From contig JBMNLI010000017.1 of NCBI GenBank assembly GCA_050952645.1, positions 96,001 through 160,000 on the forward strand: a stretch of 64,000 nucleotides of DNA, given 5' to 3'. A program made the translations under genes and the position numbers. The DNA is from Bdellovibrionota bacterium (GTDB lineage Bacteria > Bdellovibrionota_C > UBA2361 > CAKMMH01). The notes below the pieces were generated by a model. The model worked only from the letters and a program-made list of their open reading frames with translations. It was not told where the DNA came from and ran no database searches. Below, piece by piece: positions 20,440 to 29,769 of this stretch (the stretch's first letter is position 1; each line of letters starts with the position of its first letter).

Positions 20440-22332
20440 ATAGGGTAGAGCGAGGGCTATACCCTCTCCCTCCCGTCGCACCGTACGTACGGGTCTCGTA
20501 TACGGCGCTCCATTAATATAATATCAAGTAATACTCAGGTAATACGTCAAAGGGTCGATTAAACCAATTCGTTCCTTTGTTTTACGCCCCAATATTTTAG
20601 GGCTTAAGCATAATTCACTACGTACCACGAACTGCGTCTATACCAGCCGAGTCTGCTGTTAGCAACCTTATAGATTTCTTCATTTCTAAAATTGCAACCA
20701 AGCATTCGGTTCAATTTCTTAAGATTTAGATAGATTCGTCTCGGCAATTTCCACTGTTTAAGTATTATAACCCTCACTTTGTGTCTAAGCCATTGACCAT
20801 ATTTATCTATAAAAGTCTTAAGAGTTCCTATCTTATAATAGTTTATCCAACCTTTAATTAACCAGCTTAGCTGTTGAAATGTCGAACCTAACGTTCGTGC
20901 CATTGCCTTCCGTCTACAAAGAATTTCTCTAGTTTTATCATAGAGTTTTCGTTTGCGATCTTCAGCAGGTTTACATTTCCAAGTTTTATACCCACTCTTC
21001 CAGTAGGTAAAGCCTAAGAAAGTGCTTTCCGTCGGCCTAGAGATTTTACTCTTACTTGAATTAATTTTAAGTCGTAGCTTACGCTCCAACCAACTCGCAA
21101 CGGACTTCATTACTCTATTAGCAGCCTTTTCACTTCTAACAAATATATTACAGTCATCGGCATATCTAACAAACTTAAGTCCTCTTGCTTCCAGTTCCTT
21201 GTCGAGCTTATCAAGGTATATGTTAGATAATACTGGGGATAATGGACCTCCTTGCGGAACTCCTTTCTCACTTACAGTAAACAATCCATCTTCCATTATA
21301 CCAGCTCTTAAGAACTGTCTTATCAATCGTAGTGTCTTCGCATCTTTGATGCGTTCCCTGATTATCGAAATTAATTTGTCGTGATTAACAGTATCAAAAT
21401 ATTTCTCTATGTCTAGGTCTATAACCCAATCATAGCCTCTTTTCAAGTACTCAAGAGTTCTATATACTGCTAGATGGCAATTCCTTCTAGGTCTAAAGCC
21501 ATAGCTACTATTACTAAAATACTTTTCGTATCCGCGTGCTAGTATTTGCGCTACCGCTTGTTGAATTACCCTATCTACTACTGTAGGTATTCCTAAAGGT
21601 CTCATCTTACCATTAGCTTTAGGTATATACACTCTCTTAACTGGACTCGGCTTATAATTCCCTTCACGTATCTGAGATTTTATCTCTTCTCTGTGAACGG
21701 CAAAATAGTCTTCAAGCTCATCTACTGGCATATCATCTACACCAGATGCACCTTTATTTCGCTTAACAGCCTTTATAGCCTCATCTATATTTTTGTCTGA
21801 TATAATCAGTTCAATCAATTCCACCTGTTGCTCCTCCCTCTGTTTGTAAAGCTACTAGAAAACACCCCCTCTATCTTCTGCCCCCACAGGTTACGTTCCT
21901 GTTTGTTAGGCATATCTTCAATTTCGGACTCTTCTAGCCTTGCTTACAGTGATTCACAATATATTAACGTTCAACCCTTCCTTGAGTGGTGTCTCAAGTA
22001 CTATGGTATCAACTGACTTCCAGATATAAGCTTTATATCGCACGTGCATAGCACGCTATCTGGACCTCCCGGGGTAAGGCATAGTTCTTTCACCAGACAA
22101 CCTCCAGATTTACTCGTTTGGTTTTACGTTTGTCTTTAGGGCTTCGGTTTGTAGCGCAACCTCACCCACCATTTAGCCTTGTATCTGGTTTCTGTTCGTA
22201 GGCTCCTTGGTTTTGATCCGCCACTTCCTTCACTCTAACATTACTGCTTCGAGCTTGTGGCATCACTACACTTGGTGACAACTACCCGTGACGGGACTTT
22301 CACCCGCTAGAACTATGTCGTGCCCGGCACAC
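20440..22332 (-). mobile_element. Group II intron, class C-like (1893 nt)
   Basis: 5' end GTGTGCCGGGCACG; domain V GAGCGCCGTATACGAGACCCGTACGTACGGTGC (CGC triad); domain VI ending CTACCCTAT; internal RT ORF; both boundaries confirmed by empty-site copies. Confidence 0.93.
20604..21824 (-). CDS. ltrA: Group II intron reverse transcriptase/maturase (no endonuclease domain; C-terminus frameshifted, other frame runs to 20524)
   Basis: RPLGIPTVVDR, SYGFRP, DIEKYFD, GVPQGGPLSP, RYADD, FLGF, GWINYY; GGAGG RBS before GTG. Confidence 0.95.
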   Translation of the reverse strand: MELIELIISDKNIDEAIKAVKRNKGASGVDDMPVDELEDYFAVHREEIKSQIREGNYKPSPVKRVYIPKANGKMRPLGIPTVVDRVIQQAVAQILARGYEKYFSNSSYGFRPRRNCHLAVYRTLEYLKRGYDWVIDLDIEKYFDTVNHDKLISIIRERIKDAKTLRLIRQFLRAGIMEDGLFTVSEKGVPQGGPLSPVLSNIYLDKLDKELEARGLKFVRYADDCNIFVRSEKAANRVMKSVASWLERKLRLKINSSKSKISRPTESTFLGFTYWKSGYKTWKCKPAEDRKRKLYDKTREILCRRKAMARTLGSTFQQLSWLIKGWINYYKIGTLKTFIDKYGQWLRHKVRVIILKQWKLPRRIYLNLKKLNRMLGCNFRNEEIYKVANSRLGWYRRSSWYVVNYA

Positions 22333-22554
22333 GCTTAAAAGAAAATTGGCTTTTATAGAAAACTATCTATAGTTTAAAGAGAAATTACAACTATACTTAA
22401 AGTAATTTATTTTATGCAAATTTCTTTAAAGTCAATTTTCTTTTGGGCTTCGCCTGAGGTGAGTGATACTAACTTTAAGGTCTTTACCCCACTTAAAACG
22501 TGAAAAACTAATTTTCATATCTTATATTAAGTAAATATTTAATTTAGATAAAGA

Positions 22555-23363
22555 GCAAAAATTCCACTGTTTTACGTATGCTATTTTTAAGAGAGTAAAA
22601 GTTTGGTCATTTGAAGTTCTGCTTTTGTTTATTCGCGATCGTACCAATCGCTAGCAACCTTAATTTTTTTTATTTCAGACAAACGTCTAATAGCATCATT
22701 TATTCTCTCGCTGGGTTTAATACCCCGTTGCTTGCAACGGAGATGCCTTGAGTGTGAATGCACTCAAGGACGGAACACGACTGCAATTAGTTATATACAT
22801 TGCAATAAGCTTAAGTGTTCCGTTTCGCGAAGCGTTAAAATACCCCCGCTACGCGAAGCGTAGTCGGCTGTCTAGTAGACAGCCGAGTGCTTGCACCGTG
22901 GGTAGTTTATTTTCTTTTATAATTTTTAATATGCTATACCAAAACTAAAGAGCTATATGATTTATAAACATCCAACCTTGAAACTTGTCATCATCTGACA
23001 TAAATTGTGCATCTGCCTTCAATGTCGTTTTTAAAGTATCAAACGTTTGCTCTATCGTTGTCCTCATTTTATACATAGTATAAATATCTTCAGGGGGGAG
23101 ATCTTTGTTAGAAAAAAGTGCGATAGTGCCTATAGTAATTTTTCTGCTACGCTTCTTTGTTGTTAATGTCAATATAGCAAACCTCTCTCTCTGTCTTTTG
23201 CTCTATACTTTGTTGCCCAAGATGAGTATTTATGTTGTTTTTTTATCATACGTATATACGTATACTATTTTAGCACTTTATACAAGTACTTTTTAAAACT
23301 TTTTAAATGATTTCAATATGTTATGTAATTAAAATTATATACGTAAAAGAAGGGAAAGTTTGG
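22555..23363 (-). mobile_element. IS1634-family remnant (internally deleted, nonsense mutation, nested insertion)
   Basis: Imperfect TIRs (CCCTTCTTTTACGTAT / CCACTGTTTTACGTAT); transposase pieces MIKKQHKYSSWATKYRAK, GTIAL...YK.R..IEQ.FD.LK...FQGWMFINHIAL*FWYSILK and INDAIRRLSEIKKIKV; exact ends uncertain by ~9 bp. Confidence 0.78.
22713..22909. mobile_element. Non-autonomous palindromic element (IS200/IS605- or REP-like) nested in the IS1634 remnant
   Basis: Terminal hairpins CCGTTGC-TT-GCAACGG and TACCC..GTGC-TT-GCAC..GGGTA plus internal hairpins; interrupts the transposase reading frame. Confidence 0.65.
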
Positions 23364-23428
23364 ATAAATTGAATGTCATTTGAGCATTGCAATTAGAGCT
23401 AAATCGTATTAACACTTAATTTTAAAAT

Positions 23429-23457
23429 AAAAAAGAGCTCCTTGAATCGAGGAGCTC
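23429..23457 (-). terminator. Intrinsic terminator downstream of 23503-24375
   Basis: GAGCTCCT-loop-AGGAGCTC stem followed by a T-run on the minus strand. Confidence 0.75.
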
Positions 23458-23502
23458 AAATGATCAATCATCGTTGACCGCGTCTACAGAATGTTGCCGT
23501 CG

Positions 23503-24375
23503 TTACGGTGCTACTTCATTGCCATTATTAGCTTCAGCCCGAACTCGTGCATCTAGTATCGCTTGATTCTTAGCGATATTATTATTCCTTTCTTCTCGCG
23601 TTATAATATGAAACTCGGCATCTCTAAGCTCTATAGCAAAGTCTTGATTTTGTAAAGCCGCTTTTGGAATACCAAGTAATTCTAAATGATAACTTGCAGC
23701 CTGAAAGCAAAAGCTTTCACAAGACGCAAGCATCTTATCGAGTTCATCTTTCGCCTCTGATATAGCCTTAAGTAGCTCATCATTTTTTTCTTTTTTAGCG
23801 AGTTCTTTTAACTTAGGGAATACCAAATCAGCAAGAACGCATTTATACTTTGCGGTTGCGACTTTAGCTAAAAACTTACGATCTGTTAAAAGCTTCTTAT
23901 CACTCTTTTTCGATAGCTCAAGTTTAGTACTCCTTACAAACTCAAGCACAGGCTCGGTAAAATCCTTATTTATTGAATTACAGTTGTTAGTAACTCTAGT
24001 GCCAGCACGTTTTTTACCAATAACTGAAATATCATTTACCTTACCTTGGAATGCGAGCGTATATTTTTCAAGCAAATTAAGCTTTCGCTCTAACGACATA
24101 TTAACATCGAGAGTGCGTTCACTTAACTTATATCCAAGCATGTTCCTAAAAAGATCCCAATTAGTTCTCTCGTTAAATTCCATCTTTTCTACAAAAGACC
24201 AACTAGGAATAAAAAGTTCCTCTTTAGGTTCAGTAGGATTGAAATTGAAAACTGGGCCAACATTCTTAGGCGAGTTGCCTTGTGCAACGCAAACTTGCAC
24301 TTGCGAAGTAGCAAACAATGCCAAACACGCTACTAGTAAAGTAGCAACAAATGGAACCTTCTTCTTCTTGTCCAT
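23503..24375 (-). CDS. Hypothetical secreted protein
   Basis: 290-aa ORF, signal-peptide-like N-terminus, AGGAGAGG RBS, own terminator. Confidence 0.8.
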   Translation of the reverse strand: MDKKKKVPFVATLLVACLALFATSQVQVCVAQGNSPKNVGPVFNFNPTEPKEELFIPSWSFVEKMEFNERTNWDLFRNMLGYKLSERTLDVNMSLERKLNLLEKYTLAFQGKVNDISVIGKKRAGTRVTNNCNSINKDFTEPVLEFVRSTKLELSKKSDKKLLTDRKFLAKVATAKYKCVLADLVFPKLKELAKKEKNDELLKAISEAKDELDKMLASCESFCFQAASYHLELLGIPKAALQNQDFAIELRDAEFHIITREERNNNIAKNQAILDARVRAEANNGNEVAP

Positions 24376-24717
24376 AACCTTCTACCTCTCCTTTTTCTGA
24401 GCAGGTGAAAACCAGCTAAGCTAAATAGCAAAGCTTAAAAACAAATTATGCTTTTTAAAAAAGCGTAATTACCCTTTAAAAAAATAACATATCTAGGCTT
24501 TTAAATCAATTAAAATTTTAAATAGACAAACAGACAAAACAAATATATTAACTTATATTTTTTACTTCCTAAATTATACTAAATTACTCAAAACTTATTC
24601 TCTTTCTTTTAAGGTGCTAGAGGTGGTGGCACTATCATTCCATTATCTTCACAAGAACCACAAAGAGGCGCCATATAAGTAGAGCCATCATTTCTAATGC
24701 ATCGTGTTATAGGACAC

Positions 24718-27700
24718 TTAAGAAACTACACACCTGCCACTTTCACACCTTAGTTTATAGCTATCACAATCTGCATCATTTTCGCAAAGCTTGCCATAAT
24801 TCTTTTCCCCAAGCGAACACCTGTATATATCATCCTCAAACCGTATACAATTACCTCCGCAACATTCTTCAGTCATACTGCCTGGCGTGCAACCTAAAGG
24901 TTTAAAATTCTCCCCAGACATACAATTATACTCTCCTTTACATTCGCCATTATCACACGTTCTTCCTTCGCCACAACACTCACCACCACATAACGGCTCA
25001 CGACAACAATATTCATAAATATCATGCGTATATATACGATCTATCTCACAGCAACCACTTCCTAAGTATGATGTATAAGCAACTTTACCCTCATCGCAAC
25101 ATTTAGAACCATCGTAAACTCTCTCTGTTGGGCAACACGTCCCATTTACAAACTTACCATCGCAACATTCACTTCTATCATTATAACAATCTTGCTCACT
25201 AGAACAGCAATTAGTTCCACAAGCATAAGAACCACTTTCGCAACTCGCTTGGCTTTCTAAACTTTTACTAGATACACTACTTACAGATTCCGCTTCATAA
25301 CTATTATAACTTCCACTAGATGTGCTACTTTCACTTTCGTTTGTACACCTACCAGTATTTTCATCATATGCCTCACCAGATGGACAACATGCAAATATCT
25401 CTGTTTCCCAATTGCTATATGCGCAATACTCTCCAAGTTTACAACAGGAAGAGCCACACGTTCCAGTCGTATTATCTGTAAGTGGGTTGCAACAAACATC
25501 TATTAGTTCTCCTGTAAAACTATTCGTCACACTCCCAACATAATAATCGTTAGGTCTAGCACAGCAACCTTGATAATCAGGATCATTTGAATCTGTATAA
25601 ACAGTCCCATCACAACAGTATTGCTTAGTATCAGAAGCACTTCTATAAACAGTTCCATTACAACACGTATAAGTTATTTTTCCAAGTATTAATTCATTTA
25701 TCATACTTTCATCTGCCTCTTTCAAGCTATTCTCTTGAGCTTCTGTTAGCGATGACATACATTTATCGGCATCACAGCATACACCAGAAGGACATTGAAC
25801 CTGTCCATCTTTAGAACAACACGATCTAGCTGGCACAACTTCCCGTGTTCCATCTTCATGAATACGAATATACCTAAAAGAATCTTTTATATCGGCACAA
25901 TATATAGCTTCTGGATCATCTCCCTCAACACCAGTTGGGCAACAACTCCCCCCACAGTAAACTGAATCCTCTAAACAACACACAGGTTCCCCAGAAGGAT
26001 TAAATTTCTCACCTTTCTCTATGCCTAATCCTTTAAGTTTAGGAGTTCCTTCAGGACAGCAATATCCCATAACATAGCTTTCACCATCAACTTGAACTAC
26101 TTCTTCGCCTGCTACAAAACCTTCACCGCAGTCAAAAGAGCATGTAAATGTTATATTGCTATTTTGATCCATATGATACTGTGCAATTTCTCCATCTTCA
26201 CAGCATAATTTTTCTCCGAACTCTCCTTCAAAATAATTCTCATCTTTGCAACAACCATCCCCGGGGTCGCCATTTTCTTTATTGCAACACCTATTATCAT
26301 TCCCACTAGGATTATTACCATCGATATTATCCATGCACGTATACCCAGCAGGACACGTACAGCCTACAAATGGTGGCAAACTACTAGAACTAGAATAACT
26401 ATCGCTATAAGAATAACTAGAAGAACTACTATAAAAATAATTTGGTCTACTTGAACTAGATTGAGAACTATAACTACTAAAAGATGAACTCGAACTTAAT
26501 GATACCGACACTCTACTTAACGAAGACGAAACGCTTCCTAGAGATATAGAAAAACTACTAGGTGCCAAAGAATAATTGCTAGACTTACTAGACAATGAAG
26601 AGCCACTAAATAAAGAACCGTTAGATATACTAGATACAGATGATATAACACTACTTAAAGAACTTAAGCTACTACTAGGCGATAAACTGCTTTTGCTACT
26701 AGACGATGAACTCTTACTAGAAGAGCTACTGCTAGATAAACTTTGCGAACTGCTTTTACTAAAACTACTTGAACTCAAACTTAAAGAGCTAGACGATGAA
26801 CTCTTACTACTAGATGATAAACTAGAACCTAAAGAGCTAGAAGAACTACTACTTAGCGAAGAACTACTACTTAGCGAAGAACTCTTACCACTAGATGAAC
26901 TGCTTTTGCTACTAGACGACGAACTAGGACTTAAAGAACTAAACGAACTACTACTAGGTGAACTACTCTTGCTCGAACTGCTTTTGCTACTAGAAGATAA
27001 GCTAGGACTTAAAGAGCTAGAAGAACTACTACTTAGCGAAGAACTCTTACTAGATGAAGAGCTAGAACTACTAGATGAAGAACTCTTACTTGAACTAGAA
27101 CTACTTTTACTACCAGAAGATGAACTACTACTAGACGAACTTGATAAGCTACTTTTACTACTTAACGATGAACTTTTACTTAAACTAGAACTTAATGAAC
27201 TAAAAGAACTACTACTAGGCGAACTACTCTTACTACTAGACGGACTACTACTAGATGAAGAACTCTTACTAGAACTGCTTGAACTAGGGCTACTAGAAGA
27301 ACTTAATGAACTGCTCTTGCTACTAGAAGATGAACTCTTACTAGAAGAACTACTCTTGCTTGAACTAGGACTTAAAGAACTACTTGACGAAGAACTTTTA
27401 CTAGAGCTACTTTTGCTACTAGAACTACTACTTAATGAACTAGCTGAACTGCTCTTACTACTAAAAGATAAACTACTCTTACTACTAGATAAAGAACTCT
27501 TACTAGAACTAGAACTTTTCTTACTAGAACTAGAACTTTTCTTACTAGAACTACTACTGCTAAGCGAACTACTAGAACTGCTAGGCGATAATGAACTACT
27601 ACTACTAGAAGAACTAGGATATGAGCTACTACTACTAGATGCACTGCTACTAGATAAACTGCTCCTACTAGACGATGAACTGCTAGATGACGAACTGCTA

Positions 27701-27930
27701 CTAGACGAACTCCCCTTAGGTGAACTAGATGTATCGAAAATTTGCGCAGTCCTAAAAAAACCTACATGAAACGAATCTGCTATGAGAGGCTCATCACCTA
27801 ACAACTTAAATATATCTAATATTATACCAGACTTAATATAAATCTTCCCTCCCTTCATTGTCCTAAGTTTTATCGTCTCACTTTCTTTATCAACGGGAGC
27901 AAAATCTAAATATTCTTCCTTCTTCCACAA
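24718..27930 (-). CDS. Large Ser-rich/Cys-rich surface protein (main segment of a probably frameshifted gene 28553-24609)
   Basis: ~450-aa poly-Ser tract (~27733-26380) followed by many CC/CxxxCC motifs. Confidence 0.8.
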   Translation of the reverse strand: MWKKEEYLDFAPVDKESETIKLRTMKGGKIYIKSGIILDIFKLLGDEPLIADSFHVGFFRTAQIFDTSSSPKGSSSSSSSSSSSSSSSRSSLSSSSASSSSSSYPSSSSSSSSLSPSSSSSSLSSSSSSKKSSSSSKKSSSSSKSSLSSSKSSLSFSSKSSSASSLSSSSSSKSSSSKSSSSSSSLSPSSSKSSSSSKSSSSSSKSSSLSSSSSPSSSSSSKSSSSSSSPSSSKSSSPSSSSFSSLSSSLSKSSSLSSKSSLSSSSSSSSSSGSKSSSSSSKSSSSSSSSSSSSKSSSLSSSSSSSLSPSLSSSSKSSSSKSSSPSSSSFSSLSPSSSSSSKSSSSSGKSSSLSSSSSLSSSSSSSLGSSLSSSSKSSSSSSLSLSSSSFSKSSSQSLSSSSSSSKSSSSSSKSSLSPSSSLSSLSSVISSVSSISNGSLFSGSSLSSKSSNYSLAPSSFSISLGSVSSSLSRVSVSLSSSSSFSSYSSQSSSSRPNYFYSSSSSYSYSDSYSSSSSLPPFVGCTCPAGYTCMDNIDGNNPSGNDNRCCNKENGDPGDGCCKDENYFEGEFGEKLCCEDGEIAQYHMDQNSNITFTCSFDCGEGFVAGEEVVQVDGESYVMGYCCPEGTPKLKGLGIEKGEKFNPSGEPVCCLEDSVYCGGSCCPTGVEGDDPEAIYCADIKDSFRYIRIHEDGTREVVPARSCCSKDGQVQCPSGVCCDADKCMSSLTEAQENSLKEADESMINELILGKITYTCCNGTVYRSASDTKQYCCDGTVYTDSNDPDYQGCCARPNDYYVGSVTNSFTGELIDVCCNPLTDNTTGTCGSSCCKLGEYCAYSNWETEIFACCPSGEAYDENTGRCTNESESSTSSGSYNSYEAESVSSVSSKSLESQASCESGSYACGTNCCSSEQDCYNDRSECCDGKFVNGTCCPTERVYDGSKCCDEGKVAYTSYLGSGCCEIDRIYTHDIYEYCCREPLCGGECCGEGRTCDNGECKGEYNCMSGENFKPLGCTPGSMTEECCGGNCIRFEDDIYRCSLGEKNYGKLCENDADCDSYKLRCESGRCVVS

Positions 27931-28168
27931 ACTCCCTCAGGAGTTTAGTAGTCTTTATACTATCATTATCTAATTTTATACCAGGAATTAAAATAGCATA
28001 CTTAGCTATACACGGCTCCCCTTTTAACTCAAAATATTTAAAGCCTAGTTGCTTAGGGGTCGCCACCTTTTTCGATAATGCTAAATTATAAGCCGTAATC
28101 CAAAATTTACATATAGATAGGACAATCTTTAGATAGAGCTTGCACCTCAGGCACTTCGCATACTTCAT
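27890..28168 (-). pseudogene. Bridging segment of the frameshifted TadE-like/Ser-rich gene
   Basis: Overlaps both neighbouring ORFs on the same strand in different frames. Confidence 0.5.
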
Positions 28169-28553
28169 CTATTTCACTTCGAGTTTTCCCCCTTACAGAC
28201 TCACAATTAGGAACGTCTGTATCTCTTAAACCGTCTAGGCAATACTCTCTTAAGGCTACCATAAAATGAGGTGAAACATCGACTACAAATTGCACTGGCC
28301 TATTTTCTACAGCTATTAACAAGTCTAGATTTCTCTCATTTAAACATACTATATGAAAAACAAATACGAAAACATGCGTCACTACCCATGTAAGTGCAAA
28401 ATAATAAAAACAAACTATAGCCATCTCTGATAAAACGCTACCACGACTCGAATGAGACTTTTTATATTTATTTTTCATCAAATTTTTATTTTGAAAGAAA
28501 TTTTTAAAGAAATTTTTCAATCGGTTGTTTGAGGTTAAAAGGAATTTCAACAT
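28107..28553 (-). CDS. TadE/TadG-like pilin N-terminal segment
   Basis: Basic leader then RG|SVLSEMAIV plus hydrophobic helix (class III signal G|xxxxE); alternative start 28478. Confidence 0.6.
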   Translation of the reverse strand: MLKFLLTSNNRLKNFFKNFFQNKNLMKNKYKKSHSSRGSVLSEMAIVCFYYFALTWVVTHVFVFVFHIVCLNERNLDLLIAVENRPVQFVVDVSPHFMVALREYCLDGLRDTDVPNCESVRGKTRSEIDEVCEVPEVQALSKDCPIYM

Positions 28554-28789
28554 AATAAAAATCTAGTTTTTAATTTTACATGCACACTCTTAAAGTTTGG
28601 GCTTAAATTAACAATTTGCTTTTTTCAAAAAAATAATACTCTCAAAAAAAATATATCGTAATAAAAAAACTTAACAAAAGTATTATATAATCACAAACCT
28701 AAAACTTACAAGATTAAAATTTTAAGACTAATTTGGCTGATAATAGATGTCACTTAAAATATATAAACAATGTTTTTATTATAAAGGTG

Positions 28790-28969
28790 ATGTCTATGGA
28801 AAAGTATGAAAGAGAATTATATTTAAATTCGATTAAGACTCGTTATAATAAATTTGACAAGAAAGGCAAAGGAGCCGTTCTAAATGAAATTCAAGAAAAG
28901 TTAGGTATTGGCTATCGTCAAGCTATAAGATTTACTAAAAAACATATTATCTTTAAACTCTATTCTTAA
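28790..28969 (+). pseudogene. Truncated transposase N-terminus (ISNCY/IS481-like)
   Basis: RELYL..I..RY....KKGKGAVLNE....LG.GYRQAIR resembles the N-terminal helix of integrase-core IS transposases; stops after ~60 aa. Confidence 0.6.
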
Positions 28970-29011
28970 TTTTCTTAAACTAAAACTAGATGAGTTTGTA
29001 GTAAAAAATAA

Positions 29012-29224
29012 AGCTCTTCACGTTTTAAGGTAGTTTTAAATTTTCAAAATTAGTACAACTCCCCCCACGAAGCCTAAAAGAAAACTGACTTTAAAGGATT
29101 TACATAAAACAAATTACTTTGTATAGAGCTATAAAAAATCTTTATCTAGTCGAACACTAAAGCAAATTTTCTTTTAAGCTAACAAAAAAACAATTCTTCC
29201 AACCCACTCAGAACGTGAAGAACC
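29012..29224 (-). mobile_element. MITE family A, full intron-free copy
   Basis: TIRs AGCTCTTCACGTTTTAAGG / CTCAGAACGTGAAGAACC; internal 21-bp inverted repeat; contains the empty intron site (AAGC|TAAC). Confidence 0.88.
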
Positions 29225-29331
29225 AAAGTTTTAGATAAAGAGCAAAAATTTAGAAGCAGATTTAATATAAGCAAAGATAAAATATTGTAATGATAAAAAA
29301 TATATCTAAATACAAGCAAAAAGGCGAATTT

Positions 29332-29727
29332 ATGAAAAACTTAGATTATGATAGCGATTTTACTAAAGATTTATTATGTTTAAAGCTTCAATTTGAAACT
29401 CTCTTTGAAAATGCAGGCGGCGAGGAGTGTATAAATTTATTAAACCTAATCTCTAAACTTTCAGGAGCGGAAAGAGAAATAATACTCAAACAATTTAGCA
29501 ATATTACGAAGAATTTACTAAAAAATAAAGATAGAAAAAAATCTTTAAAAGATATTGAAGGTGAAAAATTTGAAAATGAGCTATACGATAGCATTGAAGA
29601 TGAGTTTAATAATATTCAAATCAAAGCCTTAACTCCACCTTTACCGCAATCTCGCTTTAAAGTATTAAATGGAGGAAAAAGTAGAGCGAGAAGTAAAATC
29701 ATAAAATTTAGAGGTGCTATTTCTTAA
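29332..29727 (+). CDS. Hypothetical protein
   Basis: Open frame; C-terminal FKVLNGGK motif. Confidence 0.7.
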   Translation: MKNLDYDSDFTKDLLCLKLQFETLFENAGGEECINLLNLISKLSGAEREIILKQFSNITKNLLKNKDRKKSLKDIEGEKFENELYDSIEDEFNNIQIKALTPPLPQSRFKVLNGGKSRARSKIIKFRGAIS

Positions 29728-29769
29728 AAATCTTTATTTCTTTAATTTTAAATATTATCTATTTAAAAC

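Larger units (their letters stand above)
20391..22509 (+). mobile_element. MITE family A copy (20391-20439 + 22333-22509) split by a group II intron
   Basis: TIRs GGTTCTTCACGTTTTAGGTG / CACTTAAAACGTGAAAAACT; flanks AATTTTCT / AATTTTCA (8-bp TSD, 1 mismatch); the rejoined halves align with 29012-29224 and 56534-56769. Confidence 0.88.

Noticed and set aside
20604..21824. RT as a DGR, retron or CRISPR-associated RT
   Set aside because: It has YADD and a maturase X domain and lies within recognisable intron 5' end and domains V/VI; no template/variable repeat pair, msr-msd or cas genes were seen.
22748..22948. 66-aa + strand ORF
   Set aside because: It runs across the palindromic element and antisense to the transposase remnant, so it is probably spurious.
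26576..27769. 397-aa Leu/Glu-rich ORF on the + strand
   Set aside because: It is the antisense shadow of the AGT/TCT/AGC poly-Ser tract, which yields CTA/GAA codons without stops; it has no RBS or independent features.
29012..29224. MITE A as an integron attC site (contains GTTAGC/GCTAAC)
   Set aside because: Family members have TIRs with 8-bp TSDs, lack the paired R/L box layout and are not arranged as a cassette array; no intI was seen.
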